A stretch of DNA of 59,716 nt, the filler included, from Nemertoderma westbladi (Eukaryota > Animalia > Xenacoelomorpha): the NCBI GenBank assembly GCA_032718475.1. It is 4 parts of 4 records of this genome, joined end to end, with 100 filler letters (N's around TTAATTAATTAA, not from the genome) between each part and the next. Parts side by side here need not be neighbours in the genome. Positions count along the whole stretch, not along the records: positions 1 to 17,254 come from JAUCBJ010000756.1; 3 more parts are not named here. One strand, written 5' to 3'. The translations under genes were made by a program, and so were the position numbers. A model generated the notes under the pieces. It was not told where the DNA came from, did no database searches, and worked only from the letters and a program-made list of their open reading frames with translations. This document shows positions 1 through 13,900 of this stretch, piece by piece (the stretch's first letter is position 1; each line of letters begins with the position of its first letter).

Positions 1-1650
1 AGCGTTCCAATTTTTTATGCCGTTAAAAAAGAAAGTATCAGATTCAAAGGATTTACAATTCGGGAGGTAGAAGTTTGAAGCACTAGCTCTGGTACTGTAA
101 GAGTGTGTATCGCGTACTCTGTTGAATTTTTGTTTTAGGTAATTGGGACATTTACCATTATACACTTTATGCACATGGTTAAGGCGTAGCTGCTTAACTC
201 TACTATCTAAGTTAAGTAGTCCAGATTCAGAAAAGTCATCTGGAGTTAGGTGGTGCCTAGGTTTGTAGTCTTTAATAAATCGTACTACTTTATTCTGAGC
301 TACTTGTAATTTACATTTAAGCTGTTTGGTTAAGCCTTCATACCAAGAAGAGCACGCATAGTCCATGTGACACTGTATTAAAGAAGAGCAAAGTAACTTG
401 CGGGAGTCGGTGTTCAAACTATTTTTATTTCTGTATAGAAACCTAAGCCTACTGTTAACTTTCGAGAAAATATTTTTCACTGTGCTTTCTCCTGATAAGC
501 AGTTATCCAATGTGGCGCCTAAATATTTAACTTCCTTTTTATTTTCAATCTTATGTCCATTACTAGTGACTTCAAACTTAGTTACCTTCTTTAACTTTCT
601 TTTGGAACCAAACAAAATACTTTCAGTTTTACCGTAGTGAATGGATAGCTTATTATCAACCAACCACTCATTACAGGATTCTAGAACTGCACTTAACTTT
701 TGGGAAATATGGATAGGATCTTTATGAGAGAAAATAAGAGCACTGTCGTCGGCATATAAAATGAGTTTAAAATCGGGATCTATACTACTTATCTTATCAT
801 TTACATAGCATACAAAAAGCAGAGGACCTAATATACTACCTTGCGGTACACCACAGGTAATCTCTTGTACAGTAGACTGCGATTTGCTAATGACTACAGT
901 TTGACCTCTGTCTGACAGGTAGGACTTGAACCAGTCTATAGAACCTACACCCATCAGGCCTAACTTACCAAGCAGAATTTCGTGATCTACAGTATCGAAA
1001 GCCTTTTGTAGGTCCAACATTACCATACCGGTATATAAACCCCTTTGCGTTATTACATCTAATTGTATCAGTTAAGTTAATAAGGCAGGTGTCTGTAGAA
1101 TATGATTTACGAAAACCGGACTGAAGTTCATAGATCAGATTTAGCCTACTAAGATGTGCCTCCAGCTGTAGAAAAACAGAACGTTCTAGAATTTTAGATA
1201 CAATACTTAAGATACTAACAGGTCTGTAATTACAGGGTTCTACTTTACTATTCTTTTTATACAGAGGAACAACCTTAGCTAATTTCAGTTCGTCTGGTAC
1301 TACATTATCTACGATAGAGTAATTAATAATAAAAGTAATAGGCACTTTAAGTACTTCAGCACCATCCTTAAGAAAACGGGCAGGTATTAGATCTAGACCG
1401 GTACTTTTTGAGGCTGATAGGCTAAGTAGATTTTTAAAAACGAAATCCTCAGAAACGGGTTTTAAAAATAACTTTTCTGAATTTTGTAACTTTTCTAAAT
1501 AAAAAATTAATTAGAGTTTCGGACCCTATACTATATTTATTACTTGATAACGGTAATTTCTTAACTAAATTAGAGGCAACATTAGTAAAATAATTATTAA
1601 ATAAATTACTAACTAGAGTATGATCATGAATCAGCTCACCGTTATCTTGC
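1..1650 (-). mobile_element. Non-LTR retrotransposon ORF2 fragment (reverse transcriptase, CR1/L2 group), frameshifted
   Basis: Minus-strand translation gives NYRPVSILSIVSKILE and QSGFRKSYST (ORF 965-1345). After a frameshift near 1045 it gives [31 protein letters not shown] (~745-760) and KYLGATLD. The C-terminus runs off the window start. Confidence 0.92.
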
Positions 1651-1927
1651 TGGTTATCTGGTTATCAAAGGTGGAGTAGGAAGAATAGGTAGAAGCAACA
1701 CGTTCGGGGGGCCATCGCGCAGGACGAGGCTCAGTTATCAGAAACAGATTAAAATTGAGCGACTGTATCACAAAATCAGGTTTTGAGAAATTTACCAATC
1801 AAAGAATCTTCAAAGTCCAAAGTTCCAATCAAGAGATTTATCAATCAAAGAAAGGGGGACAGTACGTGTTCACCCCTTTTAATCTGCACCCCCCCCCCCC
1901 CCCCCCAACCCTTCCCACCCACCAGTA

Positions 1928-2190
1928 CTTTATAACTACCGATGCCTTCAATAGGCGAAGCCAGGTATGGTTTATAGGAATTTAATCAACGCAGTAGGCA
2001 GTACTCGTCTTCATTATTATAAACGTCGTTGTGCTTGTCCTTTTTGTATTTAAACATATTTCCTAAACGCAGACTGACGGACGATCTTTATAACTACCGA
2101 TGCCTTCAATAGGCGAAGCCAGGTATGGTTTATAGCAATATAATCTACGCAGTACTCGTCTTCATTATATGCCTCGTTGCGCTTGTCGCT
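1928..2190. repeat. Diverged direct duplication, period ~158 bp
   Basis: ctttataactaccgatgccttcaataggcgaagccaggtatggtttatag occurs at ~1928 and ~2086, each followed by a similar gcagtactcgtcttcatta...gcttgtc. Confidence 0.75.
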
Positions 2191-3384
2191 CATCCTGTTT
2201 TTCATTAAAATATTTTTCCTAAACCAAGAATGATGTAAAAGCTTTCGCGTACATAACAAGTCATTTTTACGCAATGCGCTGAATACTCTAAAAAGGCCTA
2301 GAACTGTTCAACTATGCGTCGGTCAGAAATAAACTGAGATGACGAAATCTGTCAGCTGATTCTTTGTGTAGGTGGAGGTTTCTTTGTTTGGACATATTTT
2401 TAGCCAATCAGAGCAACCTTCCCTGTTATGCCAATAGAGCCCTATAGAAAATGTCGTAATGTAGCAGTTTTTCTGTGAATCCTATTCCATTCTGGATTCA
2501 GCCCTAAGTCCAGACGTTTCAGACTTTGCCCAAAAACATCTTCTGTGGGGAATTTTCCAGATTTGTCAGTTTTGTCAGTATGTGTTATAAGAGTGTTAAG
2601 ATGCCGCATGAAATGCGTTTAATAGATTTGCGTTCTTAAAACTCCAGCCATCAGCTATTGGGCTTGTTTTAAATATTCTCAAAGATTGTTTTGTATATTT
2701 TAATCAGAATATTAATCAATCAAAATGATTTCTTTTGCATAATATTATTAATAGTGATTATAATAGAATAATAATGATTGCTAGCATAATTCACCAGAAC
2801 TGATTCGTTTTCAAACTCTGCCAACGAAATATAACTTATCTAAGAATGCATGTGGGGTGGGAGTAAGAAATATGATCCTGATCCTATGTGAAGAATATCA
2901 TCATTTCAAAAGAATCCATACATGACGTCATGCTGGCAAGGCAAGGGGTACGCTTTATTATAACTGTTTTATAGTGAGTTTCGAAATATTATTTGACAAA
3001 TTGAAAGTATTGACGTAATGACGTGACGTAAGTGACGTCATTTATGGAAAATATTGCCGATCCTGTCGTTGTCCAGTCACAATTCTGATTATCCGATTTA
3101 AAAACCCCGTAATACAAAGTGATTTCATTATATTGCATGGAAGCTGAGGGGTCCTCCTCCTTTAGATCGCGTTCCTGCAGAGTCCACAAAACCTTGGATG
3201 GCATATACTCCCAAATGCTGGGCACTGGTTACGGTCTATAACACACATTATTGGACAAATTAATATTAGGACATTGAAAGTCGCTGGTAAAACCAAGCCC
3301 TCCCTTCATATACAATTATATAATTAGTGCAGGGCACATAAATTACCAGAAGGCCCTATACAAAACGAGAAGATAATCTGACGC

Positions 3385-5172
3385 ATATGTCTGTCTCCCA
3401 AATAACGTTATTATTTGTCTGTCTCTCCTTTACAACGTTATGTATATGTGTCTCCTAAACAACGTTATGTATATATATGTGTCTCCTAAACAACGTTATG
3501 TATATATGTCTCCTAAACAACGTTATGTATATGTATCTCCTAAACAACGTTATGTATTTGTGTCTACTAAACAACGTTATGTATATGTGTCTCCTAAACA
3601 ACGTTATTTATATGTGTCTCCTAAACAACGTAATGTATATGTATCTCCTAAACAACGTTATGTATATATGTCTCCTAAACAACGTTATGTATTTGTGTCT
3701 ACTAAACAACGTTATGTATATGTGTCTCCTAAACAACGTTATTTATATGTGTCTCCTAAACAACGTAATGTATATGTGTCTCCTAAACAACGTTATGTAT
3801 TTGTGTCTACTAAACAACGTTATGTATATGTGTCTCCTAAACAACGTTATTTATATGTATCTCCTAAACAACGTTATGTATATATGTCTCCTAAACAACG
3901 TTATGTATTTGTGTCTACTAAACAACGTTACGTATGTGTGTCTCCTAAACAACGTTATTTATATGTGTCTCCTAAACAACGTAATGTATATGTGTCTCCT
4001 AAACAACGTTATGTATTTGTGTCTACTAAACAACGTTATGTATATGTGTCTACTAAACAACGTTATGTATATGTGTCTCCTAAACAACGTTATGTATATG
4101 TGTCTCCTAAACAACGTTATGTATATGTGTCTCCTAAACAACGTTATGTATATGTGTCTCCTAAACAACGTTATGTATATATGTCTACTAAACAACGTTA
4201 TGTATATGTGTCTACTAAACAACGTTATGTATATGTGTCTCCTAAACAACGTTGTGTATATGTGTCTCCTAAATAACGTTATGTATATGTGTCTACTAAA
4301 CAACGTTATGTATATGTGTCTCCTAAACAACGTTATGTATATGTGTCTCCTAAACAACGTTATGTATATATGTCTACTAAACAATGTTATGTATATGTGT
4401 CTACTAAACAACGTTATGTATATGTGTCTCCTAAACAACGTTATGTATATGTGTCTCCTAAACAACGTTATGTATATATATGTGTCTCCTAAACAACGTT
4501 ATGTATATAGGTCTCCTAAACAACGTTATGTATATGTATCTCCTAAATAACGTTATGTATATGTGTCTCCTAAACAACGTTATGTATATGTGTCTCCTAA
4601 ACAACGTTATGTATATATGTCTACCAAACAATGTTATGTATATGTGTCTACTAAACAACGTTATGTATATGTGTCTCCTAAACAACGTTATGTATATGTG
4701 TCTCCTAAACAACGTTATGTATATATATGTGTCTCCTAAACAACGTTATGTATATAGGTCTCCTAAACAACGTTATGTATATGTGTCTCCTAAACAACGT
4801 TATGTATATGTGTCTCCTAAACAACGTTATGTATATATGTCTACTAAACAACGTTATGTATATGTGTCTACTAAACAACGTTATGTATATATGTCTACTA
4901 AACAATGTTATGTATATGTGTCTACTAAACAACGTTATGTATATGTGTCTACTAAACAACGTTATGTATATGTGTCTCCTAAACAACGTTATGTATATAT
5001 ATGTGTCTCCTAAACAACGTTATGTATATAGGTCTCCTAAACAACGTTATGTATATGTATCTCCTAAACAACGTTATGTATATATGTCTCCTAAACAACG
5101 TTATGTATTTGTGTCTACTAAACAACGTTATGTATATGTGTCTCCTAAACAACGTTATTTATATGTGTCTCC
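3385..5172. repeat. 27-bp minisatellite (tctcctaaacaacgttatgtatatgtg)n, ~65 copies
   Basis: Directly visible tandem units with occasional extra TA dinucleotides. It accounts for all the SPKQRYVYV/CLLNNVMYM ORFs. Confidence 0.97.
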
Positions 5173-5212
5173 TGTAGAGCAACCTGTAGAGCTCCTACAT
5201 GTAGAGCAATAA

Positions 5213-7800
5213 TCCTGCAAAGCCCTTGGCAAATTCTTCCACCATGATTATGGTTACCACCCAAAATCCTGTTGAATGTACTTGATGCACCTTTGCAGCA
5301 CACCACACCTTTCACAAAGCATTCCCACTTGGATGGTAAACAGTTGTTCGGTGCTTCAATAAGTTATCATCCAAACATAATTTCCGAAACTCCTTTGATT
5401 CAAACTGAGACCCTCTTTTCAGAATGCATTGTCAGTATAGGGCCGTTTTGTACCATATAATCCTCAATACAATTAATTATATACTTGCCTGAACTGTATT
5501 AATACATATATTCCGCAGTGAGTAAACTTCAGAAAAATGACTTAATATATTTACCATTATTAACAGGTATTTGAAGCCATGTTGAGTTTAAGGGAGCAGT
5601 CCAACGAATTTAACTGTGCTACAAGATCCTATGGCTGGTGGCCAACTGGTGTGTGTTGAGCAATTTACTACATAATTACACACGTATCGATATTGCCCTT
5701 TCCAGGAAATTTTGTCACAGGCCAGTCACTCCAGCATAGCATCACAACCTCTATGAATACCAGGGGTTGTTTCTATACTCAAGTCTTTACTCAAGTCTTC
5801 CAACGTTTAATTTTAACATCAGGTTCATCTTGAATAATAATCAGACAGCAGCAGGACAGAGCATTGGTGGCGTCATTATCTTTTGCCTTTTGAAGATGAA
5901 CAATATAGGTAAAGTCACTCACTCAATGCTAGTTTCCAGTAAATACGTTTCGAGTGAGGCTTTGGTTTATTGAGTATCACTGGCAGGGCACCTGCAATAA
6001 CATGAAGATTGAAGTGCACATTATAAAGGAAGACCTTCAACTTTTCAGTGCAGTAAAGAGTAAACTACTGCCATATTATTTTTAAGGCTTCACATTCTGC
6101 AATTTGCAAGTTTCGCTAGTTGTTAGCAAGCGACTTACAAATGATAAGAGGGTGCGCCCTCTTTGATAGCACACCTCCTATTGCAGTACTAGATGTATCC
6201 ATCTCCAAGTCGATTTCACAATTAAGGTCTGGAAGTAGTAGGACTGACTGATGTTTCTTTAATTTTTGATTGAATTGGATAAGTTTAAATGAATTATTAT
6301 GCACTTCACTCCTGTTTTCCTCTAACATACTTGAGACCGGTAGGTCTGCTTTTGGAGATGAGATATGCTACTTATCGCATGTTCAATGGAAGTGGATTAG
6401 ATGGAAGAGTTAAGGGTCAGGGGCAAGCGGCTGAACTGGTTAGCGCTACTGATGAGGTTCAACTGCCAGTGATGTGCTTCCTCATTTTTTCAATTTCTTA
6501 ACAAAGCCGCTTCCGCTTTGCAGGACAATGTTTTCGCATTGAGGACCAGCCAGTGGATAATTTTGGGCTTTGGTGGCCTCATGGAGTTAATAAGCATGGT
6601 GGACTGGACAGCCCATGACTTTCTTGAGACGCATCTTAAATGACACAGGCCTTGAAGATGCGGATGATCTAGCAAATGTCATGGGCGATATGGAGTTATG
6701 GCGTCGCAATTTTGTAGTTGTTTTTTGGAGAAAGATGTCCATCAAGTAGCACATGTCCTAGAAACTTTACTGAATTCATGAAAAAAAACTTACATGTTGA
6801 ACCCGAAGTGATAGATTTAAAGCTCAAATGCAGTGCAATATTATCCTACCTCGTGTATTCAACCTCATTGAGTGTTTTTCCATTTTTCCACCCACTAAAC
6901 AATCATAATCATATTTGCTGGTTCCATTGTCTAGTCTATTACAAACACCTCCCTGCCGACTCAATATGCTTGAGGATATGCATTTCTTTCTCCAAACAAA
7001 CCCGGGTTGGTTCCCATAATTCCCAAAGCTGCCTTGTTTGGTTTTTCTATCAGATTGGTGGAGAGGAATTTGATAGTAAAAAAATTGATAGTAGAAAGAT
7101 TTCATTGAAGCTAGTCTACAATCAATTGACATGTGTATTCCTCCGTCACTTTTGGGTATAATGACTGCATTTTGGGGAATTTGACTTTCGGATAACTTCA
7201 TGTTAACTTAATTCTGTAACTCTGTCATGAATAAAGTTTTGATTTCATTGGAGGAGAACGAACCGGTACATATGGGACCCGGCATACCTCTGCCAGAGTG
7301 ATAATCGGTTGGGGATCAAAATCATTCAATTTAACAGCACTGATTGGTTTATCAAAGAGGTTTGTAAAGTCACACGGCAAATGTATTTCATACTCAACTG
7401 ACAATACCGGATCATCCTAGAGATCTCCAACACCTATACAATTTTTGCAAAAATTGACACTAAATACCAAAAGTTCACTCAATTTTCGGAATTAATGACT
7501 CATTAACTAGCTCAACCTTGTCAAACGAACGTAGGAAATCATGACAAATGAGACAATCGGTGTCTACATTTTTAACCACCTGAAATATGATTGATAACGA
7601 TTTAATTTCATGTTTACTAAATGCGGATGTTGTGAACTCACCCAAAACGAGCAGTCCTTCACCATTAGCAGCTTTAATCTTCTCCTCATCTCCTATATAG
7701 TAACCATCACTCTTATATGGCTCACCCAAATCATGTGCCTGAGCAGGGCGGGGACAAACAAGAGGCAAAATGATCATTCCCATTATAATTCAATTCTTGC
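5213..7800 (-). mobile_element. Highly degenerate Ty3/Gypsy LTR retrotransposon pol fossil (PR-RT-RH-IN order)
   Basis: Broken minus-strand motifs in Gypsy order: protease-like KAANG...DCLICHDFL (7475-7783), RT-like VIIPKSDGGIHMSIDCR (~7100-7170), RNase H-like LLLPDLNCEIDLEMDTSSTAIGGVLS (6116-6328), integrase-like PGIHRG / YVVNCST / YTDNAF (~5420-5770). Many stops and frameshifts. Confidence 0.72.
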
Positions 7801-8434
7801 TTATTTTTCCACTAGGCAGACAATAAAGCTTCTCATAAACATGGACACTACCAAAATACACTTACAGTTTTATATCGATTGGAATAAAATAATGGCCGAG
7901 TGCCGAGACAGTTGCTGTCCTTATCAGGTTCTACTGTAGTATGAAGTACAGTAGGAGAGTCTACCCTTTTACCATGATTTGTACGAATGCGTTTGCTGAT
8001 ACTGAAGTTATTGGGTCCATCATCACATAGTCTCATTCGAGATCGTTGGGCAACAATTATCTGTTCACTCTCGCAACAGGTCCATTAGGGGGCTACCAAT
8101 ACTGGATCCAGTACCGGTAACTTCTTGATGCTGGAACACCTGAATGTCACGATTTCAATACAAAATACAGTAGTATTTACAGTAGTAGCGGCCTAAACCC
8201 TAATGAAAACTGTCATGTAACCCTAACCCTAAGTCATAATCTAAGAAATGTAGCGGAATTTCTGACATTATTGCCATAAGGCCCGAAGGCACGATAATGG
8301 TTTTCATTAGGGTTAAGGCCTGACCAACTAACGCTAACCAAAATAATAAACCAAATATAGCCATAATACAGTATACCCATAATATACAATCCTCCATAGC
8401 CTCAACAAATTCACTGAATAAACTCTTAATTGAA

Positions 8435-8550
8435 TTGCTGTATTGCTACTGTATTGCTACAGTACTGTATTGCTACTGTATTGCTACTGTATTGCTACTG
8501 TATTGCTACTGTATTACTACTGTATTGCTACTGTATTGCTACTGTATTGC
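8435..8550. repeat. 11-bp tandem repeat (tattgctactg)n
   Basis: About 10 visible tandem units. Confidence 0.9.
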
Positions 8551-9330
8551 ATTTGTAGGTACCCGAAACGTGACTGTACCAGACCACAGAGTCTTGAAAC
8601 CTGATGAGTATCTGTTCAGCAGTTACCTTAAAACTGTTAAACACTTCCAAGGCAGAGTGGTGCTGAAACCCTTACATCATTAAAACCGCAAAGTAGATTT
8701 GCACCTTCTGTCACCATAACGCAACACCTCAATGTTAAATTATCAATTTAGGGAAAGGAGCAGGTTACAGTGGCACGTTATTTTAACGAAAAAGTCCCCC
8801 CCCCCTTTATTAAGATGGTGTGTAGCACAGTACCAACTCACAGATACCACAAAGACCTGAGCAGTAGCCTGCAACCGCCTAACTATCTACTGATAGGGCA
8901 TGGCCTATCTTAACAATTACCCCAGTTACAGCACAGGAGTTAGGCAGTTCTGAAAACTATTTTAATAATAGGCTATATTAATTAATACAGTAGTTATCAT
9001 AGGCGCCTTTGTTTTATAGCACAAGTCATTCTTACTAAAATACAACTCGGAATACTCAATAATGATCTTCGGTTAGTGACCCCAAAAATTTATTTGTCAC
9101 AGCCCATGTACATATAGTATATGGAGTATCCAAAAAATTAAATTTTTTATATAAGATGTTGTATGAAGGAAATAGCATACTGTAGATAGCATTTGCGATG
9201 CATTTCGTTATAATAGACACACTTAAATACATTATAAATATATATAAATACAGTATAAACAAAATGCACCTTATAGAACCTGTAAGAATGTGGGTTTGTA
9301 CAAAACTTATCCGAGGTGATTTGCAATTTA

Positions 9331-9654
9331 TTAAAATTCATCATTTTCCGTAGCGGTACGCTCTTTTTCTATAGAGAGCTGATTTTCGAGTTCAGAGTTA
9401 CAATGGCTGCCGACCAAACTAATACCCGGGCATCTGTTCCCTTTACTATTGGGGCAACATTTGTGATGCTTGTTTCTAGACAACGGAACGCATTGACTGC
9501 ATTGGCAGTTACATTGACATCGGCATAGATCCGCTCCACTCCCCAGCCATAGTGTATCCTTTAGGGCGTTGACAACGAGAGAACTTCGTCGACGTGCCTC
9601 GTTCCTATCGGTTGAGGGAATCGGTGGCATCGAAGCTTTCTTCTGTTGCCGAAC
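9331..9654 (-). CDS. Putative terminal exon of a host gene, Cys-rich
   Basis: Acceptor ttttcacattatag at 9655-9668, then an open frame VRQQKKASMPP...CRCQCNCQCSQC...KCC...ENDEF to TAA, which overlaps AATAAA. GC is higher than in the flanks. Confidence 0.45.
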   Translation of the reverse strand, partial: VRQQKKASMPPIPSTDRNEARRRSSLVVNALKDTLWLGSGADLCRCQCNCQCSQCVPLSRNKHHKCCPNSKGNRCPGISLVGSHCNSELENQLSIEKERTATENDEF

Positions 9655-10929
9655 CTATAATGTGAAAACCAAAAGTTTAAGACATCATGTTCCTCAAATG
9701 AGCTTGCGATGTTATTATGTTCCAGAATTTTATACATTGAATTTTAAACTTAGAGTCCCGCAGAAATGAGTGAAATTAGGGTGTAGGCCTAAAGATATTG
9801 CAAATTATTAATGAACAAAATTTTGTAGAAAATTAGAAATTATAGACAGATTTCTATAGTTACACAGATGGCCGCAGGGAAACAGGTCCACTAATTTTAC
9901 TGCTACCCAAATGCTCGCCTAGACTTGATGCTTCTCGAAGTTCCACCTACATGGATCACCTGTATAGGCCTTACAGCCCCGCTAAATAAGTATAGCCAAC
10001 CTTTTATTTACACATTCAAGTGTTGGGGTGGACGGTATTGTGTTTAGGGGAAAAACAGAGATAGTGGTTTTAGTGATGTACTGTACTTATAGATAGATAG
10101 ATCTCTGTGGGATTGAAAAAGAGAGATGTAAATTTTAGAAATTGGAAGATTAAAACATTTTTTATTTATTTTATTATATTCTAGAACTTCTATCCTTCTA
10201 GAATTCAAGGTATATTTTTTTCCATTTCACCGTGGCGCCTTTGAGTTGGGTTGTAGTTTGAAGAGGACAGCGATGCAGCACAGATATTACGAACAATAAT
10301 TATCATGTTATACATTAACGGGAGTGCTGTGGATAATGTGTACATAGAGTAACATTTAGTTGCTACAGTACCAGAGTTTTAAGGGGAAATTATTCAATTG
10401 GGAGTTCAATATATTCTACAAACTACAAAATCTTATGAATTGGGTAATGGTCGAATCATAGTGTAAGTTAGATTTAGTCAGCAGCTGTCTTGTAGAGAAT
10501 GTTTAAAATTGTGTGAAAAAGAATTAAATACTCTAAGTCAGGTCTATTCACTGCAGCTAAAAATGTCTCAAACTACTCTAGGCCTATGTAGGTAAGGGAG
10601 AGAGAAATTGGTCACAACAACAATATTTTTGAGGTTTTTTTTACACATTTTCTTTATAAGAAATCGCTTGCTTGGGTACCATTCAAATACGCATTCAATC
10701 GTTAGATGATTTCGCCAACTTTCTCCATTAATTCCTTAAGCAGTCGAAACAGTTTGAACTACAGTGAATACAACCTGGATATCAACCAACATCCAATCAA
10801 AAATCAGATTATATTTGTTTAACCTACAGTATCCCAAGTAACAATTAATTATAATTCAAGATAATATTGTTGGTAGGGTAAAAGAATTATAAATAGTTCC
10901 CTGGGGTTGTCAACATCTTCAGCATGCGA

Positions 10930-13900
10930 CAACAGTTCTACCTACCGAACCTCGCACAGTTCTACCTGCCAAACCACCAACAGTTCTACCTAGCGAACCT
11001 CCAACAGTTCTACCTTCCGAACCTCCAACAGTTCTACCTACCGAACCACCAACAGTTCTACCTACCGAACCTCCAACAGTTCTACCTACCGAACCTCCAA
11101 CAGTTCTACCTACCGAACCTCCAACAGTTCTACCTACCGAACCTCCAACAGTTCTACCAACCGAACCTCCAACAGTTCTCCCTACCGAACCTCCAACAGT
11201 TCTACCTACCGAACCTCCAACAGTTCTACCTACCGAACCTCCAACAGTTCTACCTAGCGAACCTCCAACAGTTCTACCTACCGAACCTCCAACAGTTCTA
11301 TCTACCGAAAAATTCCAACAGTTCTACCTACCGAACCTCCAACAGTTCTACCAACCGAACCTCCAACATTTCTACCAACCTAACCTCCAACATTTCTACC
11401 TACCGAACCTCCAACAGTTCTACCTAGCGAACCTCCAACAGTTCTACCTACCGAAACTCGCACAGTTCTACCTACCGAACTTCGCACAGTTCTACCTACC
11501 GAACCTCCAACAGTTCTACCTACCGAACCTCCAACAGTTCTACCTACCGAACCTCTAACAGTTCTACCTACCGAACCACCAACAGTTCTACCTACCGAAC
11601 CTCCAACAGTTCTACCTACCGAACCTCCAACAGTTCTACCTACCGAACCTAAAACAGTTCTACCTAGCGAACCTCCAACAGTTCTACCTAACGAACCTCG
11701 CACAGTTCTACCTACCGAACCTCCAACAGTTCTACCAACCGAACCTCCAACAGTTCTACCTACCGAACCTCCAACAGTTCTACCTACCGAACCTCCAACA
11801 GTTCTACCTACCGAACCTCTAACAGTTCTACCTACCGAACCACCAACAGTTCTACCTACCGAACCTCCAACAGTTCTACCTACCGAACCTCCAACAGTTC
11901 TACCTACCGAACCTCCAACAGTTCTACCTACCGAACCTCCAACAGTTCTACCTACCGAACCTCCAACAGTTCTACCTACCGAACCTCCAACAGTTCTACC
12001 TACCGAACCTCCAACAGTTCTACCAACCGAACCTCCAACAGTTCTACCTACCGAACCACCAACAGTTCTACCTACCGAACCTCCAACAGTTCTACCTACC
12101 GAACCTCCAACAGTTCTACCTACCGAACCTCCAACAGTTCTACCTACCGAACCTCCAACAGTTCTACCTACCGAACCTCCAACAGTTCTACCTACCGAAC
12201 CTCCAACAGTTCTACCTACCGAACCTCCAACAGTTCTACCTACCGAACCTAAAACAGTTCTACCTAGCGAACCTCCAACAGTTCTACCTAACGAACCTCG
12301 CACAGTTCTACCTACCGAACCTCCAACAGTTCTACCAACCGAACCTCCAACAGTTCTACCTACCGAATCTCCAACAGTTCTACCTACCGAACCTCCAACA
12401 GTTCTACCTACCGAACCTCCAACAGTTCTACCTACCGAACCTCCAACAGTTCTACCTACCGAACCTCCAACAGTTCTACCTACCGAACCTCCAACAGTTC
12501 TACCTACCGAACCTCCAACATTTCTACCTACCGAACCTCCAACAGTTCTACCTACCGAACCTCCGACGGCTCTACCTACCGAACCTCCAACAGTTCTACC
12601 TACCGAACCTCCAACAGTTCTACCTACCGAACCTCCAACAGTTCTACCTACCGAACCACCAACAGTTCTACCTACCGAACCTCCAACAGTTCTACCTACC
12701 GAACCTCCAACAGTTCTACCTACCGAACCACCAACAGTTCTACCTACCGAACCTCCAACAGTTCTACCTACCGAACCTCCAACAGTTCTACCTACCGAAC
12801 CTAAAACAGTTCTACCTAGCGAACCTCCAACAGTTCTACCTAACGAACCTCGCACAGTTCTACCTACCGAACCTCCAACAGTTCTACCAACCGAACCTCC
12901 AACAGTTCTACCTACCGAACCTCGCACAGTTCTACTTACCGAACCTCGCACAGTTCTACCTACCGAACCTCCAACAGTTCTACCTACCGAACCTCCAACA
13001 GTTCTACCTACCGAACCTCCAACAGTTCTACCTACCGAACCTCCAACAGTTCTACCTACCGAACCTCCAACAGTTCTACCTACCGAACCTCCAACAGTTC
13101 TAGCAACCGAACCTCCAACAGTTCTACCTACCGAACCTAAAACAGTTCTACCTAGCGAACCTCCAACAGTTCTACCTAACGAACCTCGCACAGTTCTACC
13201 TACCGAACCTCCAACAGTTCTACCTACCGAACCTCCAACAGTTCTACCTACCGAACCTCTAACAGTTCTACCTACCGAACCACCAACAGTTCTACCTACC
13301 GAACCTCCAACAGTTCTACCTACCGAACCTCCAACAGTTCTACCTACCGAACCTCCAACAGTTCTACCTACCGAACCTCCAACAGTTCTACCTACCGAAC
13401 CTCCAACAGTTCTAGCAACCGAACCTCCAACAGTTCTACCTACCGAACCTAAAACAGTTCTACCTAGCGAACCTCCAACAGTTCTACCTAACGAACCTCG
13501 CACAGTTCTACCTACCGAATCTCCAACAGTTCTACCTACCGAACCTCCAACAGTTCTACCTACCGAACCTCTAACAGTTCTACCTACCGAACCACCAACA
13601 GTTCTACCTACCGAACCTCCAACAGTTCTACCTACCGAACCTCCAACAGTTCTACCTACCGAACCTCCAACAGTTCTACCTACCGAACCTCCAACAGTTC
13701 TACCTACCGAACCTCCAACAGTTCTACCTACCGAACCTCCAACAGTTCTACCTACCGAACCTCCAACAGTTCTACCTACCGAACCTAAAACAGTTCTACC
13801 TAGCGAACCTCCAACAGTTCTACCTAACGAACCTCGCACAGTTCTACCTACCGAACCTCCAACAGTTCTACCAACCGAACCTCCAACAGTTCTACCTACC

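Noticed and set aside
3440-5212. Many long ORFs (SPKQRYVYV / CLLNNVMYM / FRRHIYITL repeats)
   Set aside because: By-products of a 27-bp satellite, open in several frames and broken by dinucleotide indels.
9870-10790. Small candidate minus-strand exons bridging to the 9654 exon
   Set aside because: The tested acceptor/donor pairs either contain stops or do not resolve the phase 1 to phase 0 mismatch.
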